This document shows positions 32,233 to 41,620 of a stretch of 64,000 bases of DNA, piece after piece. The stretch is from Macrostomum lignano. Its lineage: Eukaryota. Position numbers and translations under genes: made by a program. The DNA lies in the NCBI GenBank assembly GCA_002269645.1, contig NIVC01003306.1:40868-104867 (forward strand), written 5' to 3'. Below the pieces are notes generated by a model, which was given only the letters and a program-made list of their open reading frames with translations, had not been told where the DNA came from and did not search any database. The first letter of the stretch is position 1; each line of letters opens with the position of its first letter.

Positions 32233-34732
32233 ACCGGTCTCCAGGCGTTGACTGCAGCGATGGTTGTCGTGCTGAAGGACTGCTGGCGCAGTGGCCTCCA
32301 GGTCTTCGGCCAGGGCAGTTTCGGCCTCCTTGTTGCGAGTGTGGACCTTCTTCGAAAGGGCTGGTCTTGCAGTGGCCTTCCGGTGGTGTCCAGGTCCGGC
32401 TCCAAGCTGGTGTCATCATCGTGTCGGGCTGCAGAATCGGGATGCTCAGCAGTCGGCCGTGCTCGAAGTCAACCGGTGGTGTCTCCGGGCGTCTTGACAG
32501 GGCGTCAGCGTTGGCGTGGTCCTTGCCTTTGCGATGGTGAAGCTGGAAGCGGAACTCGCTTAATCGCTCAATCCAACGGCCCAAGATGCCTGTGACCTGC
32601 GTCTGGTTCAGCAGCCACAGCAAGGCCCGATGGTCAGAACGAACTTCAAACTTCTTGCCGATTAAATAATGACGGAAATGTCGCATCGCGTCCACGATTG
32701 CAAGCAGCTCTTTCTTCGTGACCGTGTAGCGCTTCTCAGGATCACGAAGCTTCCGGCTAAAGAATGCAATTGGGCGCTCGACGCCGTCGGATTGCCGTTG
32801 TCCAAGACAAGCGCCTATGCGAATGTCTGAGGCATCCGTGTCTAGGACAAACTTCACATTAGGATCTGAGTTAAACTCAGGCAGAGCGAGAACTTCAGTC
32901 GAACACAACTTCTTCTTCAACGTGTCGAACGCTACCTGGTGCTCATCAGTCCAATGCTGCCGCAGGCTGCCGATGTCCTTTCGAGTCAGGGCATGTAGCG
33001 GCGCAGCAAATCCAGCGTAGCCGTTGACAAACTTGTGGTAGTAATTGGCGAGGCCTAGGAATTGTCTCAGTTGAGTAACGGACTGTGGCACGGGCCAATC
33101 ACGGATCTGCGCAATCTTGTCCTCACAGGTCTTCAGGCCGTCGGGAGTCACGACGTGGCCTAGATAATGCAGCTCCTTGAGGAACAAATGGCACTTCTTC
33201 GGCTTGACCTTGAGGTTGGCTGCGATAATCCGCTGGAGTACAGTCCGCAGGTTGTCCAGCTGCTCCTCGAAGGTCACAGAGTGCACCACGATGTCATCCA
33301 TGTAGCCAAGCGCAGTCTTTGGCGTCAGGCCGTCCAGGAGCTTATTGATGCAACGCTGAAAGCTGCCTGGACTATCGTGGAGACCCATCGGTAGAACATT
33401 GAAACAGAATTGTCCGCGGTCAATCACAGAGAACGCCGTCAGGTGCTGATCGCAGTCGCGCAGCGGGATCTGCCAGAATCCTTGAGCGAGATCCAAGCTA
33501 GAGTACCACTGGGCACCACGCAGCTTCGCGAAGGTCTCCTGAATGTGCGGCAGCGGGTACGGGTGGTACACACACTTGTCGTTGAGAGCTCTGAAGTCAT
33601 GCACCAGCCTGATGTTGCCGTCCTTCTTGGGCACTATCAGCATTGGCGAGTTGTAGCTAGAATAAGCCGGGCGAATGATGTGCTTCGCCAGCATCTCGTC
33701 TAGCAGGGCGTCTAGCTTGTCCTTCAGATGAGGCGGGATCCTGCGCGGTGGTAGCGCAACTGGTGTCCGATCCTTCAGGATGATCTCGTGGGTCACCAGG
33801 TGTGTCAGGCCAGCGTCTAGCAGATGCTTCGAGAAGGCTGCTTGACACTCAACTAGTAGATCTCGCACTCTCTGTCGTTGATCTTCGGACAGCTCGCTGT
33901 TGATCTCGACTTCCTCTAGCCAAGCTGTGCTGGACTCTTCAGGGCTCCTTGGCAAATGTCGCACTTCAGGTTCCGGCGTCTCTTCCAGGTACATCAGGTC
34001 GGCAGTTCTAAGTGGTGTCGCAACACCAACGCGGATGCCCGACTGCAGGAACACCTCACAGTCAGCAGTGTTGACGACCTCGATGTAGCCTCGACCTTCA
34101 GGCATAGTCATCAGAGCTGGAGCTGCTTCCAGAGTGTTGCAGCTGGGGTGCAGTCTCGACTTCACCAGCTCGACGATTGATGGCGATCCTCGGTTCTCGG
34201 GGTGGCCGACATCCAACTGGACGGCCAACAGCGCTGAACTTCTCGGCGGCAGAGTGCACTTCTCGGAGGTGTACACCCGGCATGATTGAAGCTCACGGCG
34301 CGAATAGCGAACGGGAATGCACGCGCCATTGTTGAACTTTAACATTCCTTGCGCAAAGTCCAAGTTTTGGCAGTGTTCACGCATGAAATTAATACCAAGC
34401 AAATTTTCACAATCGGTGACCGTGACCAGGAATTCGGTGTCCGCGACGACATCACCAAACTCCACCGGGATGATCACCTTACACGCAAGGGGTAGCTGCG
34501 TACCGTCGTACATGGTCACGCAATCCGGGATAGCATGCGATATGATACAACGAGGCATCCGACGTCTAACATTGGCCCAGGTCGACGCTCCAAGAAAGTT
34601 TTTCCGACTGCCGCTGTCTAGTAGGAAAGGGACTTCTCGGCCCGCCAATCGGCCGGTGACGTACGGATCAGCCTCACGCGCATGGATTTTTTGATCATCG
34701 GAGGTGTCCACGAAACCTCCGCTCAGCCTCAC
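32207..34732 (-). CDS. Gypsy pol: aspartic protease, reverse transcriptase, RNase H
   Basis: LLDSGS protease, YMDDIVV RT, and TDASD...ELLAI...SDHRAL...ADALSR RNase H motifs. Confidence 0.95.
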   Translation of the reverse strand: MRLSGGFVDTSDDQKIHAREADPYVTGRLAGREVPFLLDSGSRKNFLGASTWANVRRRMPRCIISHAIPDCVTMYDGTQLPLACKVIIPVEFGDVVADTEFLVTVTDCENLLGINFMREHCQNLDFAQGMLKFNNGACIPVRYSRRELQSCRVYTSEKCTLPPRSSALLAVQLDVGHPENRGSPSIVELVKSRLHPSCNTLEAAPALMTMPEGRGYIEVVNTADCEVFLQSGIRVGVATPLRTADLMYLEETPEPEVRHLPRSPEESSTAWLEEVEINSELSEDQRQRVRDLLVECQAAFSKHLLDAGLTHLVTHEIILKDRTPVALPPRRIPPHLKDKLDALLDEMLAKHIIRPAYSSYNSPMLIVPKKDGNIRLVHDFRALNDKCVYHPYPLPHIQETFAKLRGAQWYSSLDLAQGFWQIPLRDCDQHLTAFSVIDRGQFCFNVLPMGLHDSPGSFQRCINKLLDGLTPKTALGYMDDIVVHSVTFEEQLDNLRTVLQRIIAANLKVKPKKCHLFLKELHYLGHVVTPDGLKTCEDKIAQIRDWPVPQSVTQLRQFLGLANYYHKFVNGYAGFAAPLHALTRKDIGSLRQHWTDEHQVAFDTLKKKLCSTEVLALPEFNSDPNVKFVLDTDASDIRIGACLGQRQSDGVERPIAFFSRKLRDPEKRYTVTKKELLAIVDAMRHFRHYLIGKKFEVRSDHRALLWLLNQTQVTGILGRWIERLSEFRFQLHHRKGKDHANADALSRRPETPPVDFEHGRLLSIPILQPDTMMTPAWSRTWTPPEGHCKTSPFEEGPHSQQGGRNCPGRRPGGHCASSPSARQPSLQSTPGDRFGHQPGGH

Positions 34733-35902
34733 TTACTGATGAGAGATTGTCGGACTGGGCATTGGCGCCTGCGCAGCCGACATCCTCTTCTTCTGGTGAG
34801 CGTTCGGAGTCTGCCAAGTAGCCGGGGCTTGGGCTCTGCGGAGGGCGTTGCCGTGGGCGCTCTCCGTCTCGCCGTTTCCCTGGTTCTGGCGTAACGGGCA
34901 CTGTGCATTGCGATGACCAGGCTGACCGCAGCCATAGCAGATCATGGCTTTCGAAGGCGGACTCGTCTTCTGCTGCTGGTCACGCTGCACCAGGTTGTCT
35001 AGCAGTCGCTGCTGTTTCTCTAGCAGATCAGTCAGAGCCAGGAGAGCTTGAGCGGTGGCGTCGGGCGTCGGGTCACCGTCGCGCTCCCCGTTCAGCATGC
35101 GAACCGGGGGTTGAGCAGAGCGCTGCGCCAGTTCCTTGGCGCCTTCCAGACGATGGAGTTCTCGAATAGCGGCCAGCAGATTGTTCGGGCGGACCCAATA
35201 GAGCCGCTCGCGCAGATCTGGTGTCGTCCTGATGCCAGCTAGGAACTGATCAGCCAGCTCCCGCTCTCGATCCTCAGGGTGCATTCGAGGGTACGCTCGC
35301 TCTCCCAAGGTGCGCAGGGCATCAGCGTACTCTTCTGCTGACTCATTCTTGCCTTGCTGACGGCGCCTCAGCAGCTCTCGATATTCATCCGCGCCACCGT
35401 GGCGGGCGAATCTCTCGATCAGTCGCTGCCTGACCTCCTCGTAGCCAGCATAGCGTGGGAGGTGCATACTGAGCAGAGCCGGGTAAGCGGTTGCCAGATC
35501 TAGACTCGCAACGAGGTGCTGCTTCATCTCGATCGGGTCTTCGATACGCTCCATCTCGCAGCGCTGCTCGAACGCGGCGAGCCAGACGTGGATGTCCTGG
35601 CTGGGCGTGTACTTTACAATCTTAACAGATTTGCTTACCGGCCGCTCCATCTGCTGCTGCAGAGCTGCCATCATCGTTCTCACATCCTGGGGCCTGATGT
35701 TCTGGCCGAGGTCGTCCAAACCTGGCAGAAGCTCGTCTGGCGGGTCTTCGGACACTTCGCTTCTCGCACTTCGCCGCGGCATCTGCTGACCAAGGTCGTT
35801 GACCGCTGCTGCTGCGGCAGCCGATGCTGCTGCAGGTCTCGAACTGCTGATGTGCTGATCCAGCCGGCTGCTGCACCGGCTCTCTTCTCTCTCGTTAAAC
35901 AT
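34733..35902 (-). CDS. Gypsy gag
   Basis: 389 aa with a capsid-like region (QGKNESAEEYADALR) and the CCHC knuckle CYGCGQPGHRNAQC. Confidence 0.92.
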   Translation of the reverse strand: MFNEREESRCSSRLDQHISSSRPAAASAAAAAAVNDLGQQMPRRSARSEVSEDPPDELLPGLDDLGQNIRPQDVRTMMAALQQQMERPVSKSVKIVKYTPSQDIHVWLAAFEQRCEMERIEDPIEMKQHLVASLDLATAYPALLSMHLPRYAGYEEVRQRLIERFARHGGADEYRELLRRRQQGKNESAEEYADALRTLGERAYPRMHPEDRERELADQFLAGIRTTPDLRERLYWVRPNNLLAAIRELHRLEGAKELAQRSAQPPVRMLNGERDGDPTPDATAQALLALTDLLEKQQRLLDNLVQRDQQQKTSPPSKAMICYGCGQPGHRNAQCPLRQNQGNGETESAHGNALRRAQAPATWQTPNAHQKKRMSAAQAPMPSPTISHQ

Positions 35903-36012
35903 TTCAAACTAGTAGAATAGCCGAATTCTTACTCGAAAGAGCGGTTGTCTTGGGTGTAGTAGTAGTCGAATCTTGACTTGTCGGATCCCAGATAGTCGTG
36001 TCGTTGACTCGT

Positions 36013-36036
36013 CGAATCCCACCGCTGAGTCACCAA
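36013..36036 (-). other. Primer-binding site
   Basis: TGGTGACTCAGCGGTGGGATTCGA immediately follows the 5' LTR. It resembles the complement of a tRNA-Leu 3' end with a 2-nt bulge; the tRNA assignment is inference. Confidence 0.75.
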
Positions 36037-37158
36037 TGAAGTACAGGTGTCTTGCCTGTGGTTGTCTAGAGGCCTTCAATAGGAACGCTGCCCCGGTGAA
36101 GTACAGTTGCTTGAGCTCCTCTGGGAAGTCTCCGGGTTGATCTAGCGTTGGTAGTGCTGCCACCAGCTTCGCAGAGTCGCAGCCTTCGGTGAGGTGCTGA
36201 GCTCGTAGAAGCAAATAACTAAGACGAGAGAAAGAGACTCGCACTTCGTGCAGATTTAGCAGTTCTCGCGCAGAGGTGCCCACCGTCAGCAGTCCCTGCC
36301 GGGCTGGTGCGGGGTGAGAGCGAAAGTGCTAGCTTCGGGCGATCCGAGCTGGCCTGCTAATTGATAGCAGGAACAATCAGAGGCAGTCACGCGCAAAGTC
36401 GGGAGTTTGGAGTTCACTTTAAGCGTCAACTTGGCACACAACTTAGAGTTCGCTAGAAACGAAACGGAAGGAACGCTAGGAAAGCTTGGAAAGCTAGGAA
36501 CGCGAGGAACGGTAGGAACGCTGAAAACGCAGAAACGAGAGGCTGAAACGGAAGGGCCGGTTAACGGAAGGAAAGAAAGGCTTGTCTGAGCCAAGCCAGG
36601 AGAGGGCTGCATTTATAGGGAGGATCGATTGCACCATAGCACGAAAGGCCCCCGCTGAGAGTCATAAGTGACTCTGTTGCTATTTTTAGCAACAAACAAG
36701 CGGGCCCTGCCTCAGAGGAGGCAAGGGGGGGTCCGGGCGCACGTGATCTCCCCATAAACACGAGCCCAGCGTACAATGATGAAATCATTGCACTTTGGAC
36801 TAAAGAAGGAAGAGGGCCTTGTCATGTGACTGACTCACATGACAAGGGGAAAAGGCCCACAAGTGAAGGCACTCGTGACCGTGGGACCGGAAAACAGGAA
36901 GGCACTCCAAATTTGGAGATGCCTGACAGAGAACGAAACAGAGGCAGGCCAGACCAAGCTGTCTGGGCACTGCAAAAAGGGAAAGCGAGACAAAAGGGGC
37001 AAACGAGGACAAACAGACAGACAGACAAACGGGCAGAGGACAGGCCAGGGACAGGCGGGAGGGACAGGCAACTGCCCAGCGGCAGACAGAAACCTGGGGA
37101 GAAGGCGAGGGCAACAGCTGACTAGTGCGGCGCCTAACTAAACTAGCGACTCACTACA
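36037..37158 (-). repeat. 5' LTR
   Basis: 1122-bp direct repeat of 27811-28933. Confidence 0.95.
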
Positions 37159-40100
37159 GGTACAATATATCGCAACCAACACTTTATGCTTTTGTTCGTG
37201 GACCTGGAGCGGCACAATGTAGCAGTTTTGGATCCTCTTTTGTCATCCGAGCAACTTAACATTTCAATATGTGCTAACTTAAAGTAAGTTGGTGCTCAAA
37301 GTATTTAAATTGTCTCAATGCAAGTATTTGAAAGTATTCTAAACTGTCGTTTGTGTCTCACTCCCCATCTTTTGTTGATTGTCGGTAATTTATCGTTAAT
37401 CGTTAATTATCGGTAATTTATTTAATTATTCATCAAGACGTCAACACAGAAGTTCTTTGGTAAAAAAATTAGCAAAAAATGGATGCGGGGTTAAAAATTG
37501 GAAAAATGAGCACCAGTGAAGCGCCAGGCACACGACCAGTTTTAATAAAGCTCTACAGGGGGGAGCAAGCAGGTAAGCATGCATACGAGTACACCCATCT
37601 CGACCCACACCCACCCCAGCACAGAACACTGGTTTGTACTGCCTGTACGAAACTATGACGCTTAAGAAAAATTGTAGGCAATTTTAGGGTTGGCCAGTCC
37701 ACCACAATGACCGCCAGTCAGTCGCGATCAAGTACCCGAGTCATGACGCTCATGACCTTGCCTTATGATATTGTGTCAAGGATCTTACCTTTTTAGCTAC
37801 TATTCGCGACACTGGTTGAATTGCCAGATTGCCTAAGATACTCGTATCTAGGGCGGATCACTGGCGCCGAATGTCTATTTAATATATTTTATCAATACCA
37901 AACGACCTGCGCGACCCAACAGTCACCTCTTATCACGAGTACTAATTACTTATATTAGTACTCTATTTTTTACTAAACTGATTGCTGATTAGACAGGAAA
38001 CTAACGCATTCCATTATGTTTGTTGTTCTATTACTGCTCGTGTTTTATTCTGCCCTCAGCTCCGTTCGACACTGCTTTGGCTGGCATGAAATGCAGCCTA
38101 TTACTATAAAGCACTCGATTCAGCAGGACGGGAATAGCTGCGGAGTGCTAGTGTGTAAATTCGCTGATTTGCTACTATCCGATAGCTCACTAAATATCAA
38201 TTCGGCACCAAGAGAGATGGCTCTGAGCCGTTTGGAATTGTGGAAAACTTTGCTCCTCAGGGCGGTTGACCAAGAAAATTTATGCTGGATGTGTGGAGAG
38301 AAAGAGGCGGCTTCACATGATGGTGCCTACGATAATTGGGTGAGTAGTATGCATTGGTTTGTAAGTTTTAGCGAAGATTATACCTTATGCGTACGAGTAC
38401 GAAGCGTTATTACGATGTCGTAAATTTCGGAAATGTATCAAAAAGAGATTTCATAAAGGTATTGCTGAGCAGTGTCTTGGCAGTAAACTCCAATTTAGAT
38501 TTTTCCTTCTCCTTTCAGATACAGTGCGAAAAATGTTTCATCTGGTTCCACGAAGCGTGCATTCGACAATCATGCATTTCAACTTGTGTCTTCTGTGACA
38601 GGATTTGACTTGCACTTTTGTGCAACTTTGTTACGAGGTGTATCCAAAATGAAAGAGTCTATCGATAATAATGGTTATGTGATTCATTTAACTTTAATTT
38701 ATGTGGATATCAGAACGACAAATGCTTTTTTATGTTTCTTTCGGGCAGCATTTTTTGCATTAAGTATCCTCCGCCAAGACGTTTGCAATTCGGTATTCAA
38801 CCCCCCATCCTCCTAGGATTGCAGATCTGGTGACGGTTTTATTAGCACGTTCCTAATTAGCATGTATACAAGCAGAATACCAGATTCGGAGACTCATTTT
38901 TATCCTCTAGAAAAGTATCTGCTGGTGGTAAATTCGATATCAATTCGGCCCTAAATTGGGTGATCAATTTGATTACGGGCACTGTTGTCGGAATATTACC
39001 CACTGCCGATGGCATCCTTTACCTGATTCGTTATGGTTCGTACCTGCTTTACCTTTGTAAGTCACGTGCTTCGTTTTTTTATTTTTGACACAGCCTTATT
39101 TTTTAACTATGATGAAAGCCTACAGTGCATTTATGGCAAGATAATAGCTGTATCCATACTGGTACTACCGGTAGTGTACCATAGAGTTTAAACAATCATA
39201 CTGAAGCAGTGCAACTAAAGACAAAATGTGATAGCACATATCATTACTAGACATGACTGCAATATCTGCGTATGGTATGCGCCCATTTGTGACCATACAG
39301 ACGTAGACGTTTATTATGTAAGCAAGACTTTGTGGTCAAGAGCCGTTCCTGAATTCACTAGTGCCCGCTCTTGGCTATAGAATAAACAATCTTTAAAGTC
39401 GGTAAATACCATGGTAGCTAGTAACGCTTTCTTCACAGACTTTATCATGCTATATTTTTCCGTTGTTTAATTGAAATTTTGTTTTCAACGTAAGCTGTAA
39501 ATTTGAACTCGAAATAAATTTCGAAGTTTTTACCGATTGACATACGTGGCAATTAAAAATGTGTTGTTTGTGCATTTTAAGCAGCTAATTAATATTTCAT
39601 AATTTAGTTATTTGGGCCTAAAGGGCTTTCTATTGTAGTACAACAACACCAACACGTAAAGCAATTTTTTCTCTAGCGTACAATTTCTACAGTTTTTTAT
39701 TCTGCACTTAAGGAGTTAAGCGCTTCCAAACCATGTTTTTTCTCTATGTATCCAAATATTTATTTTGCATTTGAACTTTCTTGTTTTTTTGCTACAATTT
39801 GCTACAATTGCTACACTTGCTACAATTATGGACAAGCATTTTTTTATTGCAATATTTTTGCTATTAAGTAAATTATTAAACATGCATCGTTAGATTTTTT
39901 CGGGCAAGTCCTGCCCTGTCTTTCCTTTAAAAAAATCGACTTTCTCTCAGTTTCCGTTCGTTTTATTTGCAACGAATAATGGATCACCAACGCAAAAATA
40001 ATTAAAACATCATTTTTTCACACACAAGAATTTACCAAAAGCAAAGCTAACTACAGGCAAGTTCAGCGCTTACAGACGCTGCCAGTCATAAGAATATAGA

Positions 40101-40654
40101 CATCAAACTTTAGACAGGTTTATTTGTAACTCGGAATTTGTAGCGAGTGAATTAGAACGCAGTGGAATGAAATAATCTTGAAATGATCTATGGCCAAATC
40201 TCCACTGTTTTACACATGGACATCGTGCAGGAATGACACTCTCCGTTCCTGCACGCAAACAATTTATTTAAAATTGTACGCAAATGTATGGGGAGGAGAG
40301 AGAATGTATACAGAGTGTGGAGGTAGGAAAGAGAGAGGGGGTTAAAAATAAATCGATTTTTGTGATTTTTTATTTCACGCCGACATATAAAATTAATTCA
40401 GTGAAGGGGGAGAAAAACTCTAATAAGAATGAAATTCATGAACGCTTACTCGTGCGTCTATGGCCAAAGCACAAGTGCACTGGTCTGTCTCTGGTGTTTC
40501 TCTAGTCTGTCTCTGGCCTGTCTCCGCACACTTGTGCTTTTCCCATTGACGCACTCGTAAGCGTTCAAGAATTATACATTCCTGCACGACTGCCTTCATT
40601 CCCACGCGCTGGCTCAAATAAGAATTATTATAGTGGAAACGAGATTAGAAAGGT

Positions 40655-41620
40655 TGTAACTCTCGGCTCGGCTCGGCTAGCCTCGGCTTTATTTGATTGA
40701 GACAGTAACGACAAATAGAGTATTGTCTATCTATGGTCAAGAGGGTTGTAGTGATGGGTTTCGACCTTCGGGCTCCTTGTTAGGGAAGCCTTCGGGCCTC
40801 AGGCTCAGAAATAAATCACTTAGAGACCTGGCCCCCCCACTCCTGTCAGATGGTCAGCCCCATGGTAGCTTGATCGTGTGGCGAGCAGTCTAGGTCCTAT
40901 AGCTAAGAGAGGGACAGCGAGGGACGAGCAGGGAGAATTTGAAGGTATAAATCACTTAATCCGCAGATTAGCTAACTCGCTGCCACCATCCCGTACGCCC
41001 TGGCTCACCACACCGGGGCTCTCGAAATCGGGCTTCCGACTAGAAGGGGCTTTGCACTTACCTTCCCTAGTGTCTTTTTGTTGTCAATCTCGAAGTCATA
41101 GCCGATGATAAGGGACACTGCTGGGACTGGATCGCATTGGCCATGCAGGTACAGAGGGGACTTGAGCAGCGGATTCTTGCAGTGGCGAGTCTATGGGGTA
41201 GCTACATGTACTATTACATTGCTAAATACGAAGATATGTACTTTTGGCCTTCAACGCGCCAACTAGCCTCTCCTAGCGCTGATAATAGGCTAACTCGAAC
41301 TTCAGAGACCTCGCATGATTCATTACCCGAGCCGCTTGGCGAACCTAAAGTGCACAGAGTACATCTCTGGCGCCGATTCTGCACTTCTGGCAGTTTTGCT
41401 CACTGATTTGATAGATAGACTGAGAACTGCCTTGCCATTTGTCCACTGTGACCGGCGCCTACTAGCTTAGCTACTCATCTGAGCCATCGGCAAACAAAGA
41501 AATAAAACCGATTAAAATAACTGTTAGATTTAACCTTCTTAAATCACTTCACACTTCACATTGAATTAGAGTTTCAGACTACTAGCAGTATTATTGAATG
41601 ACTTCTGCCTCAGCAACAGC
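40655..41620 (-). mobile_element. Probable solo LTR or LTR fragment
   Basis: On the minus strand it ends AATAAA...GAGAGTTACA and is GC-richer than its flanks. No TSD or second copy was found, so the right boundary is a guess. Confidence 0.3.

Larger units (their letters stand above)
27811..37158 (-). mobile_element. Full-length Ty3/Gypsy LTR retrotransposon, very recent
   Basis: LTRs at 27811-28933 and 36037-37158 (TG...CA; only a 1-bp indel seen by eye). 4-bp TSD GGTA at 27807-27810 and 37159-37162. PBS and PPT are present. Gene order is gag-PR-RT-RH-INT. Confidence 0.96.
21627..38608 (+). pseudogene. Spliced transposase-Ulp1 protease-PHD polyprotein gene of the giant element, disrupted
   Basis: Exons: ~21627-25374 (frameshift near 23190), 27552-27686, 27789-27810 + 37163-37283 (split by Gypsy), 38060-38339 and 38519-38608. 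All junctions are GT-AG and phase-compatible. Motifs: CAESAGC...HSGH Zn finger; HIDATG, IDFSW, ICSSH, YVPLLPIWS, NAPVESWF (MULE D-D-CxxH-E); SWISVT|IINALL, NQHFMLL, VLDPL, QQDGNSCG (C48/Ulp1 H-D-Q-C); CWMC...W|IQCEKCFIWFHEAC...CVFC (PHD). The true 5' start is uncertain. Confidence 0.85.

Noticed and set aside
40224-40255. 10-bp perfect hairpin CGTGCAGGAA...TTCCTGCACG
   Set aside because: Isolated, not followed by a Helitron CTRR end, and too short to interpret.
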